DNA from: the human T2T-CHM13v2.0 reference genome, Homo sapiens | Direction: 5' to 3' (one strand) | Assembly (NCBI RefSeq): GCF_009914755.1 | Contig: NC_060929.1 | DNA length: 64,000 nt | Part shown: positions 46,901-62,070 of the stretch, piece after piece | Numbering within the stretch: position 1 is the first letter of the stretch | How the letters are laid out: each line of letters starts with the position of its first letter | Program-made: the position numbers and the translations under genes | Notes under the pieces: model-generated | What the model was told of the DNA's origin: nothing | What the model saw: the letters and a program-made list of their open reading frames with translations, nothing else | Database searches by the model: none

Positions 46901-48373
46901 CCCACTGTGACTGTCAGAATAACAACATGTGTCTTCATTCGTTTCTGTAATAACTGTGCTACCCTACCTGATATCTTCTGAATAAAAGGATATCTAAACA
47001 CTTGGACTCTGTTACCATCTTTCCTTCAAAATACCATGTTATTGATTCTGTATTTTAAATTCCTCTATTTTAAATATACTGATTTTAATAGTCAAGGCTT
47101 ATTAACCATTATCCATATGTCCCACTTTTATTGTTTTTTTATTGTTTAATCTACCTCAGAATTTTTATCGGAAATTTCTTTCCTCCTGCCCAAATATTGA
47201 ATACTGAGTTTTGATTTGTAGGTGGTAGGTGTGGCTTAGACTAGACCTTCTTTACATAAAGTGAAATTGAGCCTGGATTAAGTTTTGTGATATATTCAGG
47301 TTGCTTCCATTGAGCATCAAAAATAATTATTTGATTCTATCATTAAAGAAAAGAAAAAATGTGTCAAAACATTTTGTCTTACCTCCTACAAACCAACAAT
47401 TTATTAGTTTACTTATTTTTTCTAAAAGTTGGTTTAGAGAAAGATAAATACAGTTTCAGGGAAACTGGGTTAGAGAATAATTTTTACTTATTACTTTCAC
47501 TAGGGATGTAAGACCACTTTGAATCAAGCGGGGACTTGCAAAATGCATTCTGAAGGTTAGACCAATCAGGTTGAGAAGGACATTTTGATTTATGAATAAA
47601 AGCTGGCTGATTGTAGATTAATGATTTAAAGTAATACTTCTTTTAATTATGATCATAAATGGCCTTAAAGAAGTTCTACGGGGCCAATTATTACCACATA
47701 TTATGAGGAAGTAAACAAAATTGCCACTAAATTTTTCTCCAGTAAAGTCAGTTGCACTGTAGTTCATCTTACTATTTGATATTTACAACCCAACCGCTGA
47801 CGGTTACAAATGAACTTTTTACTTCTGCTGTGTTTTATTGTTACTGAAGGAAGTACAATTCAATGATTGAGTGAAATGTGTAGCCAGTAGTTAAATCACA
47901 GTCACAGATTTAAATAGGTACTTATAAAGATATACATTTAGGATGCAAATGAACTCCAAAGTTTTTTCATTTTCCAAAGAATTTATTTTTTTACTGGTTG
48001 AGGGTGAAGATTAGTGTATTAATAGTTTTCTACCAATTTTTTTTTCCTCTAGAAGTACTAATGTATCTTTGAAATTTTTCAAGTTTATCTTGCTTATATT
48101 CTCAGGATCAACTCTGAGTCACTTTTTCCTATCATTATTTCCAAAGATTCCATTATGTTTTTAAAGTATATCATCTTTTCATTATACTCTTTGGAATAAT
48201 TTTGACTTCCCTAACTGATTCAAGTATAACATAATAACACGTGTAGAACATTGGACTGTAATGCAAATGAAATAATGTATAGAAAGAAAATGAAAATTTC
48301 TGTTTTGAAATTCCAGATAGTTGAATTTTTTTCCAGCGGACAAATTAAAATTTACTTGTAAGGATGAATCTCA

Positions 48374-48673
<300 letters not shown>

Positions 48674-49499
48674 ACATTCTCTTTTTAATAGAGAGTAAAA
48701 CCTATTAAGATCAAAAACTAGTAAATGATTTCTGTGTTTATGCAAACATAATATGGAAATCATAGACTAGAATACGAATGGAGAACTTCCACGAGAGGCA
48801 AAACTGCTCAGATTAATAATGTGAGAATTTGTCTGTTTTTGATGTTAGTTGAATTTTTACAGATTCTCTTAAGTTGGATAGAAGTTGAGCCTACAAGCAG
48901 AGATGAAAAAAATAAAATGTTAATTTTGTTCTCTTCTCTTTGGTCCAATGCCTGTCATTGGAAAGACAGGATTACAAATTCAGGGGAATAATCAATACGA
49001 CTATCTCTGGGAGAAAACAGGTTAGCGGTTCTAAAAAGGTAGCAGGTAAGGAAGTAAGCAAAATTGGCCACATTAGAAGATCTCTAGTGGAGTATCAATT
49101 AAGAATTTCCAGTATTATCTAGTATGCAATATAAAAATTTCAGTGTTTGAATTGTGCTTTGCCTATGTTGACCAGAGACCTTTATTAAGTTTTGTTAAAC
49201 ACCATAACTTTAATTTTTGTGTACTTTAAGTTACCCAAATCCACATTTGATTCAAAATGGCGTAGTTTACCATAGAAGAGGGAGAAGCTAGTTAATAAAT
49301 GGCCAAGAGGTATTTGCAGAAACTTAAAAAATTATTTGGGATTTGTCAGAAATATTGGTAAACTATACACATAAATAAAAGTCAAGCTATTGATGTGGGA
49401 CATTACTCAGTGTCTTCTGAATGCTAGGAAATTTGGAAACACTTTATGTAATGGGTGACCTATTTTCAAACACTAATACCCTGACAGATTTGTAACATC

Positions 49500-50690
49500 T
49501 TAGGCAAACTCCTCTTTTGCTTACCATTCCCACTGATTTATCATCCTTCACATGCAAACTTCTACAAACAATTGTCCCCATGTACCCCGAACTTCCTCTT
49601 TGCCTAATTCCCTCATGGCCTACTTCAATCTGGCAGCATTTTACTAAATTTTTAAATCAACTCATTAATAACATCTGAGGCTAAAATTATTGGACACTTT
49701 CCTGCCTCACTCTATACTCTTAACATTCACTCGTTACCATTTCTTTCCTCTCCACAAACTTCTCTCCATTTTCCTACCTATTTTCTACGCTGTTTTCATA
49801 GAAATTCAGAGCTGTGGGCCTGAATCCACTATGGAAAACTTTCCATTATCCAGTTTTTTCATAATGAATACCACAGACTTTTTCTTCCTTTATCCTACTG
49901 TATACTGTCTCCCTGGTTAATTTGATTTTATACCATTAGTTTGCCCTTATAACCATTGCATTTCCCTCCAGTAGCATATCTAATAATTCAATATTCCTGT
50001 TTTTACTACATATTAAATATTCCTGAAGTCTTTTCTTTATCTAAACAGCCACTTACTTAACTCAGCTTGAGCCCCTATAACTATACTATTCTAGATAGGC
50101 TTCCCACAATTACTCCACCTCCAGACCAATTGAATTTCTATGCATACCCAAAGTGTTCATAAAAAGACTCAGATCATGTCACTTCTAAACTTAAAACCCT
50201 GCAGCAATTTTCTGTTTTAAGCCTCAAGTCTAAAATCATTAACCTGTTCTATAAGGTGCTAACTGCCTCATGTCAACTTCTCAGCTTTTTCTGTTTCATT
50301 CTCAGAATTCTGAAAGAGGCTGCTGTCACAATGGTATATTTCTATCCCCTCAAATGTACAAGGCTCCTTTCTTTCTGCTTCAGGTCTTTCATGATTGCTC
50401 TTTCCTTAGCCAGGGACACTTTTTGATTCTGAGTCCAGTTTAAATATTCTACTTCAACCAAGATATCCTGGGCCTATTTCCATATTTCTTTCATTTTTTT
50501 TTAGAGAAAATGTCAGAATTATACCCTAATTTATCTAAATAATTTTATGTTGCTGTCAATCTTCCTGATTATACTGAGAAGTCATAAAAGCAAGGATCAT
50601 TTCTTGCTTTTTCGCCACACTAACACCACACTTTGCAGATAGTTGACTTAAAACTCATATTTCATTAAGCGAATGAACTTATGAATAGTA
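49500..50690 (+). mobile_element. L2 fragments including the 3' end
   Basis: 'tcagatcatgtcacttctaaacttaaaaccctgcagcaa', 'gcaaggatcatttcttgc...gaatgaacttatgaat'. Confidence 0.7.
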
Positions 50691-52067
50691 GAAAAAAATC
50701 ACAAATATAAGGCAAATAGTGAAGTATGTTTCGAATGTTTAACATTTAGTTTTCATGCTAAGAAAAATATTAATAATTTTAAAGTTAACTTACATTCATT
50801 ATACAGTCATTAAGAGTCAGGTAATCTTCTAATAACATGACATATTTTAAATCACTCAATTTATTGGCAACTTTATAGCTCAGTTCTCCAAAATTCACCA
50901 TATTTTTCACCCTTATTTCTCTAACTACATTTTCATTTTCCTTTTACCTCTGTAAGGCATGACTTAGTTAATTTTCTCAGTAAGTGTCATCTAACACAAG
51001 TAGATAAACACAATGTGTTAGAGCTCCATTTTCTTTGTCACATGAAACAGTGCGATGGATATTTCTTTTAGTTAAAATCCATAAGTGCTTGTAATAGTGC
51101 TGTGAATACAGTGGATGCTCAGTAAATAGCAGGCTGGTGAAAAGAATGAGGGGGTATTCCTCATTAAAATAACTAGAATTCAATCAGCATTGTTTAATAT
51201 CCCTAACAATTTGTTTCTGGAAGTTTAAGAGTGTAACTATGATTACAAAAACAAAAACTTATTTTAGCCAAGACATTATTCATTTTTGAGTAGTTTACAT
51301 TTGATATTAGGAATAAAGGAAAATGGCTACTGAGAAAAAGATGTGGCTCATATTGTTACAGTAAAACATCTTGGTATATTTAAAATGTATGATGTCGGTA
51401 GGGCTTCTATTTCAAGGCTATGGGAAAGCTTTAACCAAATCTAAAAATAAGAATGAAGGGGCCTTTTGGAAAGGCTTAAGAAAATAACAATGCATAGTCT
51501 GAAAACTGGATCTTCTAAGAAGGTTCTCTGATGGAACAATAGAAAGCTACAAAGAAGGCTTGAAAATCATTTCTTGGCTCCATGTCTCAGGCTCTCTATG
51601 ACAAACTCAATGATCATAATCTGATTGTGTGGCAAGTGAACATTTGGCATGATTATAGAATGGTTTTAACAAAGGAACACTAGTGTGTAAAGTGTGAAGA
51701 GGTTCAGCACTTCAGTTCCCTTTGGTCTAATAAAATATACAATGCAATTTGAAATGCATTGTTCCTAGAATTAATTGCACAGTAATACTTGGAGCAAAGA
51801 AACATGTAACATTCTTGGAAATATGAGCTAGGTTATGACTCAATAAATAGTTTTGATGATTGTGCTCTCTGTTGCATGAATGAAGCCATAAAATCTCAAC
51901 TTTAAATGTAATTATGATAACAATTATTTTGTTAATATACTCTAGTTGATTACCTAATGAATTACATTCATTGTAGACCAAAATCCATGCTAAGCATAGG
52001 AATGTCTTCTAGCTGAAAGAATGACATTTTAACAAAAAGATTTCAGACGTGAGCAATTGAAAGGCTT

Positions 52068-52420
<353 letters not shown>

Positions 52421-53014
52421 AGGCTGTCAGATTTAAAATACATCATTCCATACTACACAAACTTGGAAGCATTTTGAAGAATTCTCAAAATTGGCCTTCT
52501 TAGTTTTCCTGTTTCCTTAGATAATCTGTGTCAGATTATCTGAAAGGACATACTTTAAAGACTCTAAAAAGTATTCTTTATCTGAAAGTAAGTTAACACC
52601 AAATATTTGCCTATTTTATGCCATAGTAATAACAAATCTTTCCAACTTACGTATATACCAATATCAGACACGTTAAAATACATATGATTATTTAAATTAC
52701 TTATTTCCAATAGAATTTTTTTATTAAAGTGTGGTTTATTATGTATAATGGATAATAATTATATTTGAATACATAAGTTGGCTCAGAAAATTATCAAAAT
52801 CCAAAACAGTGAAAAAAATTTTTTTTATATTGGAGTACCTGATTTAGGTAAAAACAAAACTAAAACAAAATCTGCTGTGCCATTTAAGGTAGTTAGAAAA
52901 CATTCTGTGCCATTTAGGGCATGGCCAAAACTGTATCCCCAAAGTCTTCAATCTCTGTTATACTCCCTATATTCAAACCAGGGAATTTAAAATTCTCTTG
53001 GGTTCCACTAAGGC

Positions 53015-54101
53015 ACATTCACTTTCTATTGTTCTGTAACAAATTGCTACAAATTTAGTGGCTTAAATAAGTTTTGTAGGTCAGAAGTCCTCGTAGGCTC
53101 AACTAGGTTCTCTGTGAGAGTCTCACAAGAGCAAAATCAAGGTGTTGGCTCAGCTGAACTCATGTTGAGACTCTGGGGGAAGAACTCATTTCCAGCTCAT
53201 TTAGATTGTCTGTATAATCTATTTCTTGCAGCTGGAAAACTTCAGTCCCTGTTTGCTAGTTGCCTGTCTGCAGACATCTCTCTCAGCTTCTAGATGTCAT
53301 TCTCAAGTTTTTATATACCATAAAAGAAAAATTACACATGACTAGTGAAATATACAAAGGTGAATTTATTCAAGACTATTGGAATAATGGAAAGAGATTA
53401 TTAAACTATGCGAGAAGGATTGAATTTAACTCTGCTGAAGCAAAAGACAGGAAGATTTTTAAATGTTGGAGTGAGTTAATGGAAAACTACTGGAAGATGT
53501 TAGTGGAGAGGTTGGTCAATGTGATTAGGCCACCTGTGTTTGCCTATTGTCACTTATTGAACTTGGGCTCCTACCCTCCCACAAGGACTTGGAGGAAAGG
53601 ATGCTATCTCTTTCTCCTTATATGATTAAATGTCAAAGGAATAACTCCCAGATTATTGATAAAGCTATTCTTGTATTATAGTAGATTCACATTTGAATAG
53701 AGCAGATAAAGAGTTTACAGTTGGAAATTTTCTGAAATAAATGCTTTAAGAAAATGGAAGTAAGGGGCCTATAGTCAGAAAGAAACCTTATATAGAGTCA
53801 AGTATGGGAACATTAAGAGCTGGGAACATTTTTAAGGTCTATGTTGCCCCCTCCATTTTCAAAGCCAGCAGTGGTGCTTTGAATCATTTTCATGCTTTGA
53901 ATCTCTCTGCCACCATCTGGAGAAAACTCTGCTCATGCAGGGCTCCTCTGATTAAGTTAACCCCGCCTAGATAAGCTCTCTTTGCCACATAATGTGCCAC
54001 ACTCACAGGAATGACATTCATATTTAGAGGGTCCATCTGCAATCAAAGGGGTTGAGAATCAAAGGTGAGTTATCGGAATCATTTTGAGAATTCTTCCCAC
54101 T
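53015..54101 (-). mobile_element. MLT1E-like MaLR LTR split by MER31
   Basis: 'ctgtaacaaattgctacaaatttagtggcttaaa...tgtaggtcagaagtcc' and 'ccctccattttcaaagccagcagtgg...tgctttgaatctctctg'. Confidence 0.7.
53315..53840 (-). mobile_element. MER31 ERV1 solo LTR
   Basis: 'ggttggtcaatgtgattaggccacctgtgtttgc', 'ggggcctatagtcagaaagaaacc'. Confidence 0.75.
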
Positions 54102-55592
54102 AAATGAGGAATACAGTTTCTTCTTACATTATAATCTCTAGAAGCCAAGTTCAATTACTATTCAAAGCATCATAATTTGAAGAAGAAAGTAAAAGAAGAG
54201 CTTTACTGTTCACAGGCAGTTGTTTATTTATAAGTAGGGACATACAGTTGATTCAGTGTGCGCAGTGATAAGTAATTGTGAAGACATCCCGACTAGTTTC
54301 CTTTTTGTCTTTCCTTTTCATTTCCGTGTTTTCAGAGCCATGTGAAGAACACGTGGGCCTGAAAACAGAGAGATGAGAAGAAAAGACAAAAAGAAATGTT
54401 TGATTTTTAAATACTGAGTTATAATTTGTGCTGCTGCAATAACTTTTTCAGGAATCATAAGCAACCTAACACTTCTTTTTGATACCAGAAATTATCAAAG
54501 AAGTCAGCCCATCTGCATAAATTCACAAAGATCCTATGACTGATAGTTATGATATTCTGTCTCTGATTATGAAAAGTAAAATGTGCAGGATGTATATATA
54601 TGAATGAGCCTGTCCATTTCAAAATATATGACATCAAAAAAGAAAAAAAAAATAAATGCATATTCAGAATACTTTATTCAATCTGTTCATTGGCATTTTT
54701 CAGTTTTCACTTGTTTGCCAAATGTGTTGCCATTGTAAATGGCATTCATTTTAAAGTCAAAGTCTTCAATGAGCACCTGTGTGCATGTCTAAGTAACATT
54801 ATAAGGGGTATCTTTAGAAGCATTATTAGGTGTAAGTGAAAAGCAGAGAATATTTGGCAGGGCTGTTACTGTAATGATGCTCTTTGGGCAGAAGGCTGCA
54901 GTATTAGATCATGCTCAGCACCTCCAGAGATTGCACTTAACTCCAGTGGATTAGCAACTAACTGAACATTTTACTGCATTCTTACACACTCCAAGCATCT
55001 CAGTTGCTTTTGCTTTTGCTTTTTTGAAAAACAAAATCAGGGATTGTTTCAAACTAATATGTTCCAACATAAAAAGTAGTGAGAACAATAGTTTTAGCCA
55101 GCTCATAGTACAGGAGAAAAAATGAAAACAAATTCTAATTATATATTAAGCTTATATTAGGAATTGGTAAAGTCCTCAATTCTCAGTGGTACAATTAAAC
55201 AATATTTTACATATATTATTGTAAAATATAAGTTATTGAGAGATCAGTTCCCTGAGCAGTTAACAAACCTATAAGAAAGGATAGCACACAAGCATTGCTC
55301 ATAGTGGAATGTAGTATATATTTATCAGTATAATCACTTTTGAGTCATATTCATACTTTCTTTAAAGAAAAAAAATCAGACAAAAGCTTAAAGTGGAAAT
55401 TTCACAGTTTTATCTTGAAACTGCAGAATCACTATGATACACTATAGTTTTGTAAAAGATATATGTGGTGGTAATAATCATATTTATACAACATGTTCTC
55501 AACATTAACAAAATCTTTATTTTGGCCCTTCAATACACCTGTGACTTTTGTAATTTCAGACAGTCCGTGAATTAGACTTAAATTTCAGGCCA

Positions 55593-55969
55593 TTCTTTCT
55601 CTCCCCCTCCCTCCCCTCCCCTTCCCTCCTTCCTTCCTTCTTCTCTGTCTTTTCCTTCCTTCCTTCCTTCTTCTCTTTCTTTTCCTTTCTTCCTACCTTC
55701 CTTCCTTCTTTCCTTTCTCTTTTTTTCTTTTCTTCCTTCCTTCCTTCTTCTTTCTTTTCCTTCCTTCCTACCTTCCTTCCTTCTTTCCTTTCTTTTTTCT
55801 TTTCTTCCTTCCTTCCTTTTCTCTTTTCTCTCTTTTTCTTTCTTTCTCTTTCTTTCTTTTCTTTCTTTCCTTCCTTCCCTTCCCTTCCTTCCTTTCTTTT
55901 TCTTTCTTTCTTGTCTTTTCTTTCTTTCTCTTTCCTTCTTTCTTTCTTTTCTTTTTCTTTCTCTTTCCT

Positions 55970-56007
<38 letters not shown>

Positions 56008-56032
56008 TTCCTTTCTTTCTCCTTCCTTCCTT
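55593..56032. repeat. ~440-bp polypyrimidine (CTTT/CCTT)n tract
   Basis: Almost pure C/T on the + strand. Confidence 0.95.
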
Positions 56033-56702
56033 ATAACCTGGTTTAGGTAGAAAGTAAACTATTCCGGGTAGAAGAAATGAAAAAATATAAGCTAAATATT
56101 TTATCACAAATATCTAGGATAACCTATACTGTTATTTCAGATAGTACTAGAGGAATTTTGACCAGAGAAATGAAAATAAAACAGGAATACCTGCAAGTAT
56201 ATATCATGTGGAGGTACTTTCAAACTCTTAATAAATGGCTTAATAATTAGGAGTGTCATGGACAAAGAAAAAGGAAGCTGTACCAACCTCATGTTACTTC
56301 TGTCTCTTCATTCTAAGTATCATCTCTGATTCTTAGTTCCAAAGCAACTCTATTATTACATCCAATTTCCTTCATCTGTTGGATAGGGTTGTTGATATAG
56401 TCCATAGTGGTGAGTCTTTGTGGATCACGTGTTGCCTACTTTACTTGCTTATGAAAAGAAAATCCAGGCAGTCAATAAAGACTCAAATTTTCATCTGAGA
56501 ATTGGACCATAACCTCCCCTCATCCTCACTTATTAGTGAGGACTCAATTCCAAGTAACATGATATTAAATTCAAACTAGCTTAAGCAGAAATATAAACAT
56601 ACTGGTTAACAGAAAAAAAAAGAAGTCAACAGAAAAGTCAAACTTTAAAAAGATTGGGTCAAAATGCTTGAAAACCATCATCAGTAATCTCTTTATCTTC
56701 AA

Positions 56703-56812
56703 TTATTTTATTTTATTTTAGAGATATTCTTGCTATGTTTCCCAAGCTGAATTCAAACTAGGCTCAAGGCCTTCCTCCTCAGCCACCTGAGTAGCTAGCT
56801 GGGCCTGCAGAT
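56703..56812 (-). mobile_element. FLAM / Alu monomer fragment
   Basis: 'tagagatattcttgctatgtttcccaagctg...ctcctcagccacctgagtagct'. Confidence 0.7.
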
Positions 56813-57741
56813 TTTTTTCTTCAACTCTTAGTATCTACTTGTTCTGAGTTTGCTTTATTTTCAGGCATTTTCTTTCCAAGTGGAGAGAAAGTTGCAACTG
56901 GTAGGTTCAGGTTTTTGTTCTATCATGGCCAGTAGAATGATATACCATTTTTCTTTATATTTTCATTACAAATTTCAAGACTGCATCTAATATAGCTGCT
57001 TGGAAATTGACTCATCTTGAATCAGTCATTTTTAGAAGGAGCCTCAATTTGGATTATGCCTATCCAGGGTGAAGGGATGCCTAATCTGATGTGCGTAGAG
57101 CTAGCGTGGGCAGAAACAGTTCATCACAGAGAAATCAATGTACTTTTAGTAAAACAACAAAAATTAGATGCTGGGAGGCACATTAAGTGATGATCTCAAC
57201 ACACAAAGCTCTCAGAAAGCACAACTTGCATCCAAAAACTGAGAAGATTCATCCCTGCTCCTGCTGATGGTTTGTCTGCCCAGATGCTTTCCTCCACCTG
57301 GGAGCCACACCATCTGTGTTTTGGGAATGGCTCTTCCCCTAAACCCAGGGGTGTTAATTTACTGGATACAGTAATCAATGGTACACCATATTTATGGTTA
57401 TAAAATAAACCAATTAAAGCCATTTCTAGGACTTGTTTTGAAAACTAGAAGATTGGGGGTTGGATGTATTATGGTTAAAAAACCTGATATTTGTCAGTGG
57501 CTATGTCAACGTGTATGATTAGGAGTTTCTAAGAGTTAATTCACATAGAAAAAACAGAGATAAAATTTAGTAAGGAATCCTAAAAGTATTGGAGATATTT
57601 CTTTCGGTACCTCTATGCCCTTTATAGGAATTCAATTATACATTCTCTTCTTTTTTATGTTTTTGTAGTAAGCACGTAATATGCTTCATAAATGGAAATC
57701 AGTTTATGTTATATAAATGTGTTATATACACATTATATAAA

Positions 57742-58319
57742 TGTGATGGTTAATAACAGGTGTCAACTTGATTGGATTGAAGGATGCTTATACAGCTGGT
57801 AAAGTATTGTTTCTGGGTGGGTCTGTGAGGGTGTTGCCAGAGGAGACTGACATTTGAGTCAGTGGACTGGAAGAGGAAGACCCATCCTCATGTGGGTGGA
57901 CACCATCCAGTGGTCTGCCAGTGTGGCCAGAACACAGCAGATGGAAGAAGGTGGGATAATCTCACTCGCTGAGTCTTCTGGCTTTCTCCTTTTTCACATG
58001 CTGGATGCTTCTTTCCATTCCTTCTACCCTTGGACATCAGACTCCAGGTTCTTCTGCCTTTGAACACATGGATTTATACCAGCGGTTTGCCAGTGGCTTT
58101 TGGGCCTTTGGCCAGACTGAAGGCTGCATTGTCGGCTTCCCTACTTTTGAGGCTTTTGGACTGGGACTGAGCCACCACTGGTTTCTTCCTTCCTCAGCTT
58201 GCAGATGGCCTATTGTGGGACTTTGCCTTATGATCATGTGAGCCAATTCTCCCTAATAAACTCCTTTTCATATACACATATATCCGATCAGTTCTGTCCC
58301 TCTGGAGAATCCTAATACA
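57742..58319 (+). mobile_element. MLT2A2 solo LTR (HERV-L)
   Basis: TGTGATGGTTAAT...CTAATACA termini; TSD ATAAA at 57737-57741 and 58320-58324. Confidence 0.9.
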
Positions 58320-60899
58320 ATAAAATACCATTCTTTTCACAGATCTTGTCAAAAGTTCCATTTCTCACATGTCTGTGGCATCTGAAATAAAGAATTATTT
58401 ATCAGTGTTTGTTTACTTCTAAAATATTATAAGAATTGGAAATTTGATTCTTATTGTTGCTAATTATATCTTCTTATTAAAGTTCAGTTTACTAACAAGG
58501 GAAAATAAAACCTTCTTGAGGACAGCAGTTGCTGACAAGCATACAGATGGCACTTTTACATGGCTATTATAGTGATCCACAGAAACTGTGGGTAGCCATT
58601 AAGCATGCTCATGTGGAAAAAACACATTTGAAGTAATTTATGATGTTATAAAATGGTGTGGGTTAGTAGCCAACCACACTGAATAGGGCAGAAGTAAAGG
58701 ATGTTAATATTATATAGTCAACTCTTTCCTCCAGGTGTCTCCAGATCAGCTATTTCCATCTTTATACTTCTGCCTTCTGGCTCTTGCAATTTGTCTTCGC
58801 ATTAGTCATGCTAAAGCTAATTTGTATGGGCACACTAAACATTCATTTCCACAACACGGAGTTCAACGCAAGCTGTTAGAATTAGCCATTTCTGCCATAG
58901 GTCCTTCTGTTGTTGGTATGCCCAATCTCAACCACGTTGTTCTCACTTTTGCCATGCAAAGGGAAGAAATAATAGAGAATACTGCATTACAAAATGTAAA
59001 AGCTGAACCTGGAAAGTGATGTGCACTCCTTTCTCCCATATTTCAATAGGCAGAATTCAGATGCTTGGCCCCAAATTAACTATTCAAGGTATAAGTTTAT
59101 GCTTTCTCATAATTAAAAAAAAAGCTGGGTTCCTAAGGCAAAAAAAGAGTGAATGACAGTGTCCAATACAATTCTGTTCCTCCTCAATTTTACAACATAT
59201 GTTATTTTCATCCTTGGTTATACCAAATACTTTTGTAGTCTACACATTGTTATCCATAAAGTTATGAATATACCATAAGTTATTAATAGTTTCATATATG
59301 TTTGCCATGACATTGAACAAATTTAGCGAGAACTCAAAAACAAAAAAGCAATCTTTCTAAGATGGTGATTTTAATGCTCCTACTATTATTACAATATTAA
59401 AACAAATAAATAAATATGTAGTTAAATGAATTAAAGCGTAATAAATGTAACTCTATTAGAGAAGGAAGGCAGAAACTTCAGATTAGAAACCAACCACCTG
59501 CACTTCATATAGTACACATTGCTACTGAAGTAAATATCCATATGTATTTTTTTCAAAGTGTCCTAGAAGGAAGCACAGCAGCCATAAGGCCAATTGATTT
59601 AACTATATTGGAAGCGGCAGAAATTAATGAAAGTCTTGTTTTGGAAGAATTATTATTTCTTTTCATTACTGAGCAGAAAGGGGAGCTGCAGTGGCAAGAT
59701 GATGATCTATGTAAGAGGAATCATCTGCTCATATAGGAATGGGGCCAAATACTGATGTCAACTAGAATGCATCAATGTGGAATGATCAAATACCCTTCAT
59801 TTGCTATGGTGCATGCAAATTAGTTCTGATGACACTGCCTATAAAGAAATGATAAGGGTATAAAAAGAAGTTACAAAGTCTCAAACATAATTTTCCCAGA
59901 TTTAAATAATTTTACCCAAATTAAGAAGTCATCAAGGATACCCTTTCTCATAATTAAAGAGAAAGCCTAAACAACACCATACATAAAGACCAAAAAAAAA
60001 AAAAAAGAAAAAGAAAAAAAGTTGAAAAGACCTGTCAAGGTTCTTTTCTGAGTCATAGTAACCATTTTAGTGGCCAAAAACTCTGCACCACTTTTTATGA
60101 CATCAAACTGTTTGGTGATACTATGATACTGCATACACAAATAAAATAGATGAAAGGATATTTTCCCTGTGCTAAAAAATGCTTAAATAAAACCTGATGA
60201 TAGAAAGGTAGACTCTACAAGATTTTTAATTGTGATGGAATTCATGCTTCTTTTGAGTAGCTACCCTAAGGGACAGTCTCCAAAGAAAATGCATAAAATT
60301 TTGGATTTTCTACAAATGATGGACTGGCTGATTCTGGGTGGAAATGCCAGTGAATCTTTAATATGCTGTATAATTACTAGGATAGTTACAAGCTCAGTTG
60401 AAGCCCTGATTATGAGGCTGTCAAAGATTTAATTACTGTGCCATATCATTTTTCCTCCTATAAGTTCTGATATTTTTAGTGCATGAATTGGCAGAATTCA
60501 TGAGTTTGTGTTTTTTTAAATCAACACACATATTAGATCTCAGCAAAAATACTAGGCAGTATTTGAGGACTCCAAGATGATAACACATCTGGTTAAAGAA
60601 GATATGCTGTCAGTAAGAGAAGATATAGTGTCTATAGCAGCAGAGTCAGTAGAGGATAGAAGGGGGCTTGGATCTGGGTAATTGCGAGACATAAGCATAT
60701 TTCCTTAAAAATGGAAGTAAGATGCAAAAATAAACCCAAGAGGCAGACTGGAAATAAAGGAAGTCCATTCCAATTTAAAAAATGTGTTACGAAGGCTTTG
60801 GAATTGCCCTAAAACTTAATGATTTTAATTGAACAATCTGTTAAGAAACAAAGCAAAACAAACACCCAAAGGCAAGTAAGACTAAGCAAAGCAACACAC

Positions 60900-61030
60900 A
60901 AAAAAATAGTATGAAAATGTATTCCATGAGATATAAACCCAGTGAGACAAACGTTAATAATTGATGAATCTAGGTGAAGAGTAGAAATTTATTAATTGCA
61001 CTGTTTTTGTAACTTTTCTATAGATTTTTA
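60900..61030 (+). mobile_element. L1ME 3' end fragment
   Basis: 'gttaataattgatgaatctaggtgaagag...ttgtaacttttctatagattt'. Confidence 0.55.
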
Positions 61031-61695
61031 GTTGGGGAAATTTAGTTAAATTATTTGTTAGACAGAAGCTAATGTAGAAATGGTCTACAAATAAAGATAT
61101 TAGATACTGCCACAATTTAAGACTATACAGTTGTTTGGTGAGTAATAACCAATATGCCCATTTGTTTTAAGAGATGTCAGGCTCATAATAAACAGACCAC
61201 AGAGAAGACAGAGTGAGAAACATTTATGTAAACAGGGGCATTATTTAGAAATCTATATATAGAAAAATAGTTGTGCTAATCAGCCCCACATTCTTGTTTC
61301 TTCCCTCTTAGAGCACAGATAAAAGGGGTGTTCCATTACAAAAAAAAATGCATTCCCACTAAGTAAAATAAACTAGGAATTTAGGTGAAAGCGAAGACTT
61401 CTTTAGAGGAAGCTGATAGCTGGGGGAAAATTTTGTTTTAAGTTTGGCATTATGTCTTCTGCCTTCCAACTGGCTTTCTATAAACCTGATTTACACAGAG
61501 TTCTCAGAAAGAATTGCTCAGAGAAGAACTTGAATGAAATACCTATTAGGAAAGCCAAGTGATTCGTAACATCATAAAGGTAATTCATATCTCATAGGCA
61601 ATCAAAGGTGTAAGTGAATCAAGAGAAAAAGCATAAAGTTGAGCAGCTGTCTAGAAAGTTTTGAGTCACAGAAACAGACAAAAATATAGAATCAC

Positions 61696-62070
61696 TGATA
61701 TGGTTTGGCTGTGTGTCCCCACCCAAACTCATCTTAAATTGTAATCGCCACAATCCCCACATGTCAAGGTAGAGACCTGGTGGGAGGTGACTGGATCACC
61801 GGGACAGTTTCCCTCCTGCTGTTCTTGTGATAGTGAGTGACTTCTCATGAGATCTAATGTTTTTATAAGTGTTTGACAGTTCCTCCTTCCCACTTGCTCT
61901 CCCTTGCCTGTTACCATGTAAGATATGCCTGCTTCCCCTTCTGCCATGATTGTAAGTTTCCTGAGGCCTCCCCAGCCATATGGAACTGTGAGTCAATTAA
62001 ATCTCTTTCCTTTATAAATTACCCAGTCTCAGGAAAGTTCTTTATAGCAGTGTCAGAACAAACTAATACA
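61696..62070 (+). mobile_element. THE1D-like solo LTR
   Basis: TGATATGGTTTGGCTGTG...CTAATACA, 375 bp; 'ctgccatgattgtaagtttcctgaggcctccccagcc'. Confidence 0.88.

Noticed and set aside
52870-52920. Short direct repeat CTGTGCCATTTA x2
   Set aside because: Only two copies about 30 bp apart; ordinary micro-duplication.
55556-56107. 183-aa K/E/R-rich ORF
   Set aside because: Translation of the purine strand of a simple repeat that cannot contain stop codons.
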